Assembly (NCBI GenBank): GCA_964562875.1
Contig: CAZLVM010000001.1
Location: 1 to 25,632 of the forward strand
Reading direction: 5' to 3'
From: an uncultured Methanosarcinales archaeon
Lineage (GTDB): Archaea > Nanobdellota > Nanobdellia > Woesearchaeales > JAGWAF01
DNA: 25,632 nt
This document shows positions 1 through 7,509 of the stretch, piece by piece (position 1 is the first letter of the stretch; the number at the start of each line of letters is the position of its first letter). Under the pieces are notes generated by a model that saw only the letters and a list, made by a program, of their open reading frames with translations, was not told the origin of the DNA and searched no databases. A program made the translations under genes and the position numbers.

Positions 1-918
1 TGAGCCAAGCTTGCTAAGTATATTTTCCTGAATAAATTCAAGAGCTTTTTTTTGCTTATCGTTTAGCTTTGAATCATCTTTCAGGGTAAACTTATCTTCT
101 CCAGGAGTATAATTTATCAGCTCAGTCTTTGCAGCTTCTCTTAAAGCAAGTTCGCTTTCTGCAGAGCATGCAACAAGCATATGGTCTGGAAATTCATTTT
201 CAAGCCTTGCAAAGTTTTCTACAGCGCCGGGCATGTCAATCTTATTGCATGCTATAATCATTGGCTTTGTTTTTTTTCTAAGTTCAATTGCAATATTTTT
301 CAAATCTTCATCAACCCATTCGTTTGGCCTTTCCTTGTTTAGCTTTAGATGTTCGATTACTTCTTTTACCATTTCTTCTGTTACCTTGAAAGCGCTTAGC
401 TGCTTCTCAAGAGCGAATGCAATCTTCCCTTTTTCCTGCATCACCTGCCTTGCAAATCTTTCCCAGCCTTTTTTCAAAATTCCAAGATACCACATGTCCA
501 TTTCAACTTCAAGAAATTTCACGTCATTTGCAGGGTCATATGTTCCTGGTGTTATAGGCTCCCCTTTTTCATTTGTTGTTCCGGCAACGTCCACTACATG
601 TATCAGAACATCTGCCTGCCTTAAATCCTCAAGAAATTGGTTTCCCATTCCCTTTCCTTCGTGCGCTCCTGGCACTAATCCTGCAACATCAATCATCTGG
701 ACAGGCACAAACCTTTTGCCGTCAATGCAGAACCCTTCTCTTGGGTTGCACTTAACATTAAAATCTCTTTCAGCGCAGTCAACTTTAACATAGCCTACGC
801 CTGAGTTTGGCTTTATTGTTGCAAAAGGGTAGTTTGCAATCTCAACTTCTGCAAGCGTAGCTGCTTTGAAGAACGTGCTTTTCCCAACATTTGCTTTGCC
901 AACAACCCCAACTATCAT
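1..918 (-). CDS. ychF: Obg-family ATPase/GTPase YchF, archaeal type (3' part runs off the window)
   Basis: Missing from the ORF track. My translation from ATG at 918: MIVGVVGKANVGKSTFFKAATLAEVEIANYPFATIKPN...DVAGLVPGAHEGKGMGNQFLEDLRQADVLIHVVD, showing the P-loop, the NYPFATI switch I and the DxAG motif. Confidence 0.95.
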   Translation of the reverse strand, partial: MIVGVVGKANVGKSTFFKAATLAEVEIANYPFATIKPNSGVGYVKVDCAERDFNVKCNPREGFCIDGKRFVPVQMIDVAGLVPGAHEGKGMGNQFLEDLRQADVLIHVVDVAGTTNEKGEPITPGTYDPANDVKFLEVEMDMWYLGILKKGWERFARQVMQEKGKIAFALEKQLSAFKVTEEMVKEVIEHLKLNKERPNEWVDEDLKNIAIELRKKTKPMIIACNKIDMPGAVENFARLENEFPDHMLVACSAESELALREAAKTELINYTPGEDKFTLKDDSKLNDKQKKALEFIQENILSKLGS

Positions 919-940
919 GCTCTTGGGTTATGCCACAGGA

Positions 941-948
941 TTTATAAG
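941..948. promoter_or_regulatory. Shared TATA box for divergent ychF and truD
   Basis: TTTATAAG sits in the 52-bp gap, about 23 nt from both the ychF ATG (918) and the truD ATG (971). It reads TTTATAA on + and CTTATAAA on -. Confidence 0.6.
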
Positions 949-970
949 CTTTGCCCTGTTTACAGCCACT

Positions 971-1873
971 ATGGAATACACGATTAAAGAGCATCCTGAA
1001 GACTTTATTGTCAGGGAAAAAAGCACTGTAAAAATAGAAGAAAATGGGGCTTATTCATATTTTCTCATGAAAAAAAGGGATTATACAACTGTCAAGGCCG
1101 TTGAAACAATAGCAAAAGCTTCAAACTCAAGGCTAAAAGACTTTGGCTTTGCCGGCTCAAAGGACAGGAGGGCTCTTACAGAACAAACAATCTCATACAA
1201 AGGGGATAAAAAAAGGATTGAAGGCCTAAAGCTTGACAGCATAGAGCTGAAATTTCTTGGAAAAGGAAATAATCCAATAAGTTTAGGAGACCTGGAAGGC
1301 AATGAGTTTGAGATAATTGTAAGCAATGCGGAAAAAAAGCCAAAACCCTTGAAAAAATTCCTTAACCTGTTTGGGGAGCAGCGATTTTCAAGGCAGAATG
1401 TGGAAGTTGGAAGGGCAATTGTAAATAAAGATTTTGAAAAGGCATGCAGCCTCTTGGATTTAGAAATAGAAAACAATGATTTTGTAGGGGAGCTAAGGAA
1501 AATAAACAGGAAAATTCTGCAAATCTATGTTCATGCATACCAGTCATTTATCTGGAACCTAGCAGTAGTTCAATACGCCAAGGAAAAAAATGATGATGTT
1601 AACGAAAAAATACCAATTCCCGGCTTTGGAACAGATTTAGACGGAAGGCCTGGAGAAATAATTGAAAAAATAATGGAAGAAGAGGGAATAACAGGAAGGG
1701 ATTTCATAATAAGAAAGATTCCCGAGCTTAGCGCAGAGGGAGATGAAAGATTAATGTTTGTAGAAGTGAAAAATCTTGAAATAAAAGAATTGAAAAACAA
1801 AAAAATAAAGCTAAAATTCTTCCTGAACAAGGGAAGCTATGCAACTGAGTTCATCAGGCAAGCGTTTCAATAA
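971..1873 (+). CDS. truD: tRNA pseudouridine(13) synthase TruD, compact 300-aa form
   Basis: IKEHPEDFIVRE N-terminus, GFAGSKDRRALTEQ (catalytic Asp), LEGNEFEI, NLFGEQRF, HAYQSFIWN, LNKGSYAT. Start moved to ATG 971 because the TTG at 866 lies inside ychF. Confidence 0.93.
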   Translation: MEYTIKEHPEDFIVREKSTVKIEENGAYSYFLMKKRDYTTVKAVETIAKASNSRLKDFGFAGSKDRRALTEQTISYKGDKKRIEGLKLDSIELKFLGKGNNPISLGDLEGNEFEIIVSNAEKKPKPLKKFLNLFGEQRFSRQNVEVGRAIVNKDFEKACSLLDLEIENNDFVGELRKINRKILQIYVHAYQSFIWNLAVVQYAKEKNDDVNEKIPIPGFGTDLDGRPGEIIEKIMEEEGITGRDFIIRKIPELSAEGDERLMFVEVKNLEIKELKNKKIKLKFFLNKGSYATEFIRQAFQ

Positions 1874-2489
1874 CCTTGAATGCGTCTGCAGAGATGCTGT
1901 CAGGGTTTCCTTCCCCGCTTACATCTGCAATCATTCCTTTTTCTTTGTAATATGCAATCAGCGGTTCTGTCTGTTCCTTGTATGTTTCAAGTCTTTTCTT
2001 GACTGTTTCTTCGTTGTCATCTTCTCTCTGGAACAGCTCTTCTCCGCACTTGTCGCATTTGCCTTCTTCTTTTGGAGGCACTGTAACAAGATTATAGATT
2101 GCTCCGCATGCCTTGCATGTTCTTCTGCTTGCGAGTCTTTTGATTATTAGTTCGTCAGGTGCTACGAAATTAATTACTTTGTCAATCTTTTCAAAACCTT
2201 CAAGCGCGTCTGCTTGGGGTATTGTCCTTGGGAAGCCATCAAGAATATAGCCGTTTTTGCAGTCATCTCTGCTTAGCCTTTCTTTGACCATGCCTACAGT
2301 GACTTCATCAGGAACTAATCCTCCTTTGTCAATGTATTCCTTTGCCTTTTTTCCCAATTCTGTTTCTTTTGAAATGTTTTCCCTAAACAGGTCTCCTGTA
2401 GAAATCTGAGGAATTCCGTATTTTTCAACTGTCAGCTTTGCTATTGTCCCTTTTCCAACTCCTGGAGGACCTAAATATATAAGTTTCAT
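1854..2489 (-). CDS. adk: Adenylate kinase, long zinc-LID type
   Basis: GPPGVGKGT P-loop, ISTGDLFR, GGLVPD, GYILDGFPRT, LID with CKAC...CDKC, QREDD. Confidence 0.97.
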   Translation of the reverse strand: MKLIYLGPPGVGKGTIAKLTVEKYGIPQISTGDLFRENISKETELGKKAKEYIDKGGLVPDEVTVGMVKERLSRDDCKNGYILDGFPRTIPQADALEGFEKIDKVINFVAPDELIIKRLASRRTCKACGAIYNLVTVPPKEEGKCDKCGEELFQREDDNEETVKKRLETYKEQTEPLIAYYKEKGMIADVSGEGNPDSISADAFKVIETLA

Positions 2490-2495
2490 TCCAAA

Positions 2496-2951
2496 TTACC
2501 CCATGTAGTCAAGCTTTTCACTTGCTTCTGTTTCGCTTTCCCAGCATGTTTTCATTTTCTCAACAAATGGGATTATATTTTCCTTTAGCCCTTTCCATTC
2601 CTTGAAGAATCTATTGACAAACTCAGCGTCTTTCTTGTTGTTTGCGTAAATTTCTGCTTCTGTTGAAAGCCGTTTAAGAATCATTATCTTCTTGTAAATC
2701 TCAACCATCTTTTTCTGGTCATTATCGTCAAAAAAACTGCACTCCTGCATGTCAATCAATGACTCTGCAGCAGGCTGAAGCACGCTTCCGATTATCATGG
2801 AAACTTCATCAAGTTTTTCAAGGCTCTTTCTCCTTATCTTTCGCAGAAGAAATTCCTCATCTTCAAACGAAGAAACTTCAAGCTCGTTGTTTACAGTGTC
2901 ATAATCAGGAAGATCATACTCTTTCCTAAGCTTTTCATACGCCTCTTTCAT
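2496..2951 (-). CDS. Hypothetical all-helical protein, 151 aa, C-terminal DYMG
   Basis: Intact ORF, TATA-like CTTAAAAA about 25 nt upstream, 6-nt gap to adk (probably co-transcribed). Confidence 0.8.
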   Translation of the reverse strand: MKEAYEKLRKEYDLPDYDTVNNELEVSSFEDEEFLLRKIRRKSLEKLDEVSMIIGSVLQPAAESLIDMQECSFFDDNDQKKMVEIYKKIMILKRLSTEAEIYANNKKDAEFVNRFFKEWKGLKENIIPFVEKMKTCWESETEASEKLDYMG

Positions 2952-2996
2952 CTTATCCGGATGGAGAATGAGGATGTTTTTAAGCTTTTCCTTGGA

Positions 2997-3242
2997 TTAA
3001 GGTATAATTAAAGGGCGCTTGTATCTGTTTGGATCAATCTCTGCTTTGCAGTAATATTCTGTTCTTCCAAGTGTTCCTCTTTGAAACTGCAGAGCGCAGC
3101 TTCCTTCAAATCCGCATTGCATTGGGTATGATTCACCCCATCTTCCATTGCTGCTATTTAGATTTAAATAATCACAGCGGTCATCCAATGCCTTGAATAC
3201 GGGCGGAACTGTTGGTTTTTTTTCTTTTATCTCTTTTATCAT
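2997..3242 (-). CDS. Small hypothetical protein with four Cys, 81 aa
   Basis: The ORF fills the gap downstream of tRNA-Thr. TTTAAATA lies at 3276-3269, about 27 nt upstream of the ATG. Confidence 0.6.
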   Translation of the reverse strand: MIKEIKEKKPTVPPVFKALDDRCDYLNLNSSNGRWGESYPMQCGFEGSCALQFQRGTLGRTEYYCKAEIDPNRYKRPLIIP

Positions 3243-3315
3243 TTGGAATCTTAAAATTTTGAAGCTGGTATTTAAAGAATTAGGAAAACAGAGAATCTAA
3301 CCAAGAATTATAATA

Positions 3316-3388
3316 AGCCCCCGGAGAGATTTGCACCCTCGACCTGCTGATTACAAGTCAGCCGCAATAGCTACTATGCCACGGGGGC
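3316..3388 (-). tRNA. trnT: tRNA-Thr(UGU)
   Basis: Reverse complement folds as GCCCCCG TG GCAT AGTAGCTA TTGC G GCTGA CT-TGT-AA TCAGC AGGTC GAGGG TGCAAAT CTCTC CGGGGGC T (73 nt). U discriminator, no encoded CCA, TTTATAAA at 3423-3416 upstream. Confidence 0.95.
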
Positions 3389-3433
3389 ATAATAGTGAAT
3401 AGAAGAAACAAGCTATTTATAAAATTTTGTTTT

Positions 3434-3934
3434 TCAGAACTTGTACAGGTTCAGGAATGATTTTATTCTTTGGTGGAGATCCATTGTGTCTGCCTTTACT
3501 CCCATCTGGAATCCTGCTGTAAACGGCTTGTAGAAATACTTGTCAAACACAGTTCTTATGAAGTAGAATATTGGCTTTCCTTCCCATCTTGATTCGTAGT
3601 CTGTCTCAAGGAATGCGTCAAATACAAACTGCACTTTGCCCTGGTTGAGTTTTATCTTTGTTCCGTCCTTTTCAACTTCAACATCCTTTATGTGGGTCAT
3701 TACTATTCTTATTTTAATGACATTTTTTGCATAGTCGGTTACTTTTTTCCATGGCTCAATCACAATCTCAATGCTTTTTCCATCAGGATCAACAACTTCT
3801 ATGTTCTTGTTTTCTCTTTTGTCATAGCCCTTTTCCCTAAACCATTCGTCTATCATGGTGTAGAGTTCTGCCACGCTGAAAAGACCTTCGTAAGTAAGCC
3901 TTAGCTTGTCCAGCATTACTTCTCTTTCAGCCAT
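3434..3934 (-). CDS. Hypothetical protein, paralog 3 of a tandem triplet (166 aa)
   Basis: ATG at 3934, 1 nt after the paralog-2 stop (TAA-A-ATG). Shares LTYEGLF..LY..IDEWF.EKGY, KDVEVEKDG.K and DY...W motifs with its neighbours. Confidence 0.85.
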   Translation of the reverse strand: MAEREVMLDKLRLTYEGLFSVAELYTMIDEWFREKGYDKRENKNIEVVDPDGKSIEIVIEPWKKVTDYAKNVIKIRIVMTHIKDVEVEKDGTKIKLNQGKVQFVFDAFLETDYESRWEGKPIFYFIRTVFDKYFYKPFTAGFQMGVKADTMDLHQRIKSFLNLYKF

Positions 3935-3935
3935 T

Positions 3936-4466
3936 TTACCAAGCCTCTGCAAATGAGTTTGTTTTTGTTGACATATCTAGGAACTCCTTTATAATCGTGT
4001 GAAGCTTGTAGTGATGGTAGTACAGCTGGTCTGTCCAGTAAAGGTCAAGGGGCTTTTTCATGATATAATCATAATAAAAGTCTCCAAGAGCTTGTATGAA
4101 TTTTGAGCCGGCAAACCTGTTCTGCCAGTCAATCTCTGTGCTTCCGCTTATTTCTATCTGAATTGCTGCAGATACTGCTTTTTGCTTTTTTCCGTTTTTC
4201 ACAACTTCAATCTCTTTCAGATTCCACAGCTTGAAAAAAATGTCAATATTATACTTTACATATGGATTAACCTTTCTCCATCCCCACCAGCTGTATTCTT
4301 TTTCAGCGCCTGCAGGAGAAGGAACTTTGTGCTTCAGACCTCTTTCATGGAACTCATAGCCCTGGTATTCTATCCAGTTTCTCATAGTGGTCATGAGACC
4401 ATCAACATCAAATATCCCTCTGTACTTGATTATTCTTTTAAGATCGTCAAGCTTCTTAGTTGCCAT
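3936..4466 (-). CDS. Hypothetical protein, paralog 2 of a tandem triplet (176 aa)
   Basis: ATG at 4466. Motifs IKYRGIF..L...MRNWIEYQGY, KEIEVVKNGKK, DWQNRF. Confidence 0.85.
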   Translation of the reverse strand: MATKKLDDLKRIIKYRGIFDVDGLMTTMRNWIEYQGYEFHERGLKHKVPSPAGAEKEYSWWGWRKVNPYVKYNIDIFFKLWNLKEIEVVKNGKKQKAVSAAIQIEISGSTEIDWQNRFAGSKFIQALGDFYYDYIMKKPLDLYWTDQLYYHHYKLHTIIKEFLDMSTKTNSFAEAW

Positions 4467-4490
4467 TGAGAAAAAATGGGTCAATAGTGT

Positions 4491-5114
4491 TTATAAAGTT
4501 TTCGTATACTCACCGGGGTTTTTTGTATCGTAAAACCCTCCAAGCTCTCTTTCCGGCAGGTATGTGCTTATCTTGAAGTAGGTTTTTACAGCTTCCTGGA
4601 ACCTGTATGCTTCCCTGTATAGGGTTTTCTTGTGCATTTCCATGGTATTTTTTACAGTTCTCTTCCAGAAAATTTTAAGCAAGGGTCCCAAAAACGGATG
4701 CTTTTTCCACTCATGCTTGTAGTCAATCACAAGCTTTGCCCAAATCTTTACTTCTGCTTCTCCAAAATTAGCTTTATATTTCTTGCCGTCATGCATCAGT
4801 TCAGAATCCTTAAGGCCTACAACGTGCATGTCCATATCCATGTCATATCTCCAGAATTTTGTGTTCACAGGAGTCTTGTTCATCCTCCAGTAAACCCAGA
4901 TTTCCTTGCCTGCAGTTTGGGTTTCCCTGTTTAGATAGAATGATTCATCAAATTCAAGGTCATTTCTGCTGGCATAGCCTTCTTCTACAAACCATTCATG
5001 CATTAGGACATAAAGATATTTCAGATTAAAGTGTTCTCTGTGCTTTAGCTTGAATGCAGCTGCCTCAATATACTGCTTATTAAAATCTGTATACCTATGT
5101 TTGATATGAGCCAT
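4491..5114 (-). CDS. Hypothetical protein, paralog 1 of a tandem triplet (207 aa)
   Basis: Motifs LKHREHF..LY..MHEWFVEEGY, KDSELMHDGKK, DYKHEW. TTATATA at 5143-5137 upstream. Confidence 0.85.
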   Translation of the reverse strand: MAHIKHRYTDFNKQYIEAAAFKLKHREHFNLKYLYVLMHEWFVEEGYASRNDLEFDESFYLNRETQTAGKEIWVYWRMNKTPVNTKFWRYDMDMDMHVVGLKDSELMHDGKKYKANFGEAEVKIWAKLVIDYKHEWKKHPFLGPLLKIFWKRTVKNTMEMHKKTLYREAYRFQEAVKTYFKISTYLPERELGGFYDTKNPGEYTKTL

Positions 5115-5208
5115 ACTCTTTTTTCCGTATTATTGGTATATAAGGTTTTCTATGAATATAAAAAACAAAAACCTTAATAAACAACCTAAAACACATTTTG
5201 TATTGCAT

Positions 5209-5298
5209 GTGCTCGTAGCCTAGCCTGGATAAGGCGTTAGCCTCCTACCATTTTTGGAAGAAAGCTAAAAATCCGGGGTTCGAATCCCCGCGGGCACG
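5209..5298 (+). tRNA. trnR: tRNA-Arg(CCU) with a 15-nt intron at the canonical 37/38 position (5248-5262)
   Basis: GTGCTCG TA GCCT AGCCTGGATA AGGC G TTAGC CT-CCT-A [CCATTTTTGGAAGAA] A GCTAA AAATC CGGGG TTCGAAT CCCCG CGGGCAC G. Mature length 75 nt, G discriminator, no CCA. Confidence 0.93.
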
Positions 5299-5400
5299 TT
5301 AGTGGCTGCGGCCTTCCAAACTTTGTTTGGATTTGCCGCGGGCACGTTAGTGGCTAAGGCTTTTTGAACTTTGTTCAAATTTGCCGCGGGCACGTTAGTG
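5288..5400 (+). repeat. Tandem 48-bp units: three copies of CCGCGGGCACGTTAGTG (tRNA 3' end plus trailer) separated by hairpin cassettes
   Basis: Copies start at 5288, 5336 and 5384. Hairpins TCCAAAC-TTT-GTTTGGA (5315-5331) and TTTGAAC-TTT-GTTCAAA (5363-5379). Confidence 0.95.
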
Positions 5401-5423
5401 AAAAAAGCAAAAAAGAAAGCATA

Positions 5424-6419
5424 ATGAAAAATAAAGCATATATCGTATTGTCTGCATTTATAGGGCTGCTGTTGTTAGTTTTTGTTTTGCAGGCAACAGG
5501 CCTTGAAAAGCTAAAAATACCTTTCAAGCAGTTTTCAATTCTTCATCTCATTCTTTACATTGTACTTTCCAGTCTTATGATGCTGGTAATTACCATGAGA
5601 TGGAGTCTTGTCCTTAAGGCGCATGGCTACAGGCTTCCGTTTGTCAAAATGATTCTTTTCATGCTTGCAGGAAAGTCAATCAGTTATGTAACTCCAAGCG
5701 CGCAGGTTGGAGGGGAAGCTGCCAGGACTTATCTTCTCAAGCATTCAGGAGTCCCTACTGAAAAGGGTCTTTCATCAATTATCATAGACAAGATAATGGA
5801 CCTGACTTCAAACTCAATATTTGCTATTCTTGCTTTGCCTATCATGATACTTTTCTTTCCTTTTTCAGTTTATTTGAAGATTGCAATGGGTGCAATCCTG
5901 TTAGTCATAGTATTTTTGATAGCTGCATTCTACTATCAGTCATTCAGGGGAAAGGGATTTTTCAATCACTTATTCAGATTCTTTCATCTTCACAAGATAA
6001 AGAGTCTTGAGGGCTATGAGCAGAAACTGATTGACACAGAGACAAATGTTGCGCATTTCTTTAAGCATAACAGAGTAACGTTTAGGTATGCTATATTCTA
6101 TTCAATCCTCACATGGGTAATTATGTTTTTTGAGTTCAAGATAGCTCTTCTTGTATTTGGCTATAACGCAAACCCAATTCAGGTTATACTTGCGCTTTCA
6201 ATGGTTGGATTCGCATACATGATGCCTGTTCCTGCGGCGATTGGGATACTTGAGGCTTCAGAAGCTTCAATGTTTACTCTTCTTGGGATAAATCCTGGAA
6301 TAGGAATTGCAATGAGCTTTTTAATTAGGGCAAGGGATATGGTAGTGATGCTTCTTGGAATGGGAAGCCTTTCCCACTACGGCCTGAAAATAGCAAAAGC
6401 AGCTTCAGAAAATGAATAA
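5424..6419 (+). CDS. Lysylphosphatidylglycerol-synthase TM / UPF0104 flippase-like membrane protein
   Basis: About 8 hydrophobic segments, RWSLVLK, SYVTPSAQVGGEAAR.Y.LK, IIDKIMD, PVPAAIGILE, LIR. ATG 5424 preferred because the TTG at 5364 is inside the repeat. Confidence 0.85.
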   Translation: MKNKAYIVLSAFIGLLLLVFVLQATGLEKLKIPFKQFSILHLILYIVLSSLMMLVITMRWSLVLKAHGYRLPFVKMILFMLAGKSISYVTPSAQVGGEAARTYLLKHSGVPTEKGLSSIIIDKIMDLTSNSIFAILALPIMILFFPFSVYLKIAMGAILLVIVFLIAAFYYQSFRGKGFFNHLFRFFHLHKIKSLEGYEQKLIDTETNVAHFFKHNRVTFRYAIFYSILTWVIMFFEFKIALLVFGYNANPIQVILALSMVGFAYMMPVPAAIGILEASEASMFTLLGINPGIGIAMSFLIRARDMVVMLLGMGSLSHYGLKIAKAASENE

Positions 6420-7509
6420 CCCTGTTATAATCCTGGAAGGAGCAAGGATGTTTCTCCGCTCAATTAGAGTAAGGCTTTTTGGGTTCAAAAAATACAGCGG
6501 AAATGCAGATGAAATATGCAGAAAAATAGTTGATGAGTGCTGGAACGGGAAATATTTCCAGGTAAGCAGCGGCCATTTCAGCGAGTTTTACACAAGGGAT
6601 TTTGGATGGTGTGTGGATTCATTTCTTAAGTTAGGATATAAAAAGAAGGTTTTGAAGACACTTGAGTATGTTCTTGATGCATTCAGCAAAAGCGGGAGGG
6701 TAGCAACAACAATATCTCCTTCAGGAAGGGTCTTTGATTTTCCAAAATACTCCCCTGACTCGCTTGTATTCCTTATGAAAGCGTTGGATGCTGCAAAAGC
6801 TGTGAAATTAATATCAAAATACAGGGATTTTCTTAACACAGAAATAAAAAAGTTTTATGAAAATGTAATAGATCCTAAAACCGGGCTTGTAAAGAAAGCT
6901 CATTTCTCTTCGATAAAAGACCATGCGATAAGAAAAAGCTCATGCTATGACAATGTAATGGCTGCCATGCTAAGCAGCATCCTAAAAAGGCATAAGCAGC
7001 TGAAAAATCCGCTGGAAAAATATGATTTCAAGAAAATAATATTTGAAAACTTTTGGACAGGCAGTTATTTTCTTGACGATCTTTCAGGAATCAAGACAGT
7101 AACAGGTGATGCTAACCTGTTTCCTTTCTGGACAGGTGTTTTTTCAAGCAAAATCATGATGGGCAAGGCATTCAAAAAAATTCAAGAAGAAAGGCTTGAC
7201 AGGCCTTTCCCGCTGAAGTACTCAAGAAACAGCATAAGGCAGAAGTTTTTGCTTCTAACAAAGTTTTTCACACCAAGTTATGAAAAGGATACTATATGGA
7301 TGCATATGGGTCCGTTGTATGTGCAGATGGTTGAAAAAATAGACAGGAAAAAGGCATCTCTCTACAAGAAAAAATATGGTGAAGTTATAGAGAAATACAT
7401 GAATTTTCTTGAGGTTTTTGACAGGAAGGGAAAGCCTTACAATACTCCTTTCTATTATTCTGATGAATCAATGTCATGGGCTGCAAATTATCTCACTTTT
7501 AAGAAATAG
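6412..7509 (+). CDS. Putative six-hairpin (alpha/alpha)6 glycoside hydrolase (GDE/GH15/GH63-like)
   Basis: FYTRDFGW, SPDSLVF, SSCYDN, IWMHMG and DESMSW resemble the motif layout of inverting six-hairpin glycosidases. The start overlaps the upstream stop. Family not resolvable by eye. Confidence 0.6.
   Translation: MNNPVIILEGARMFLRSIRVRLFGFKKYSGNADEICRKIVDECWNGKYFQVSSGHFSEFYTRDFGWCVDSFLKLGYKKKVLKTLEYVLDAFSKSGRVATTISPSGRVFDFPKYSPDSLVFLMKALDAAKAVKLISKYRDFLNTEIKKFYENVIDPKTGLVKKAHFSSIKDHAIRKSSCYDNVMAAMLSSILKRHKQLKNPLEKYDFKKIIFENFWTGSYFLDDLSGIKTVTGDANLFPFWTGVFSSKIMMGKAFKKIQEERLDRPFPLKYSRNSIRQKFLLLTKFFTPSYEKDTIWMHMGPLYVQMVEKIDRKKASLYKKKYGEVIEKYMNFLEVFDRKGKPYNTPFYYSDESMSWAANYLTFKK

Noticed and set aside
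233-793. 186-aa + strand ORF
   Set aside because: Antisense to ychF, which the ORF track missed because it is cut by the window edge.
866-970. N-terminal extension of TruD from TTG 866
   Set aside because: It overlaps the ychF start and the shared TATA box; TruD homology begins at ATG 971.
5288-5400. Mini CRISPR array
   Set aside because: The repeat is the tRNA 3' end, the two spacers are homologous to each other, and no cas gene or leader is present.
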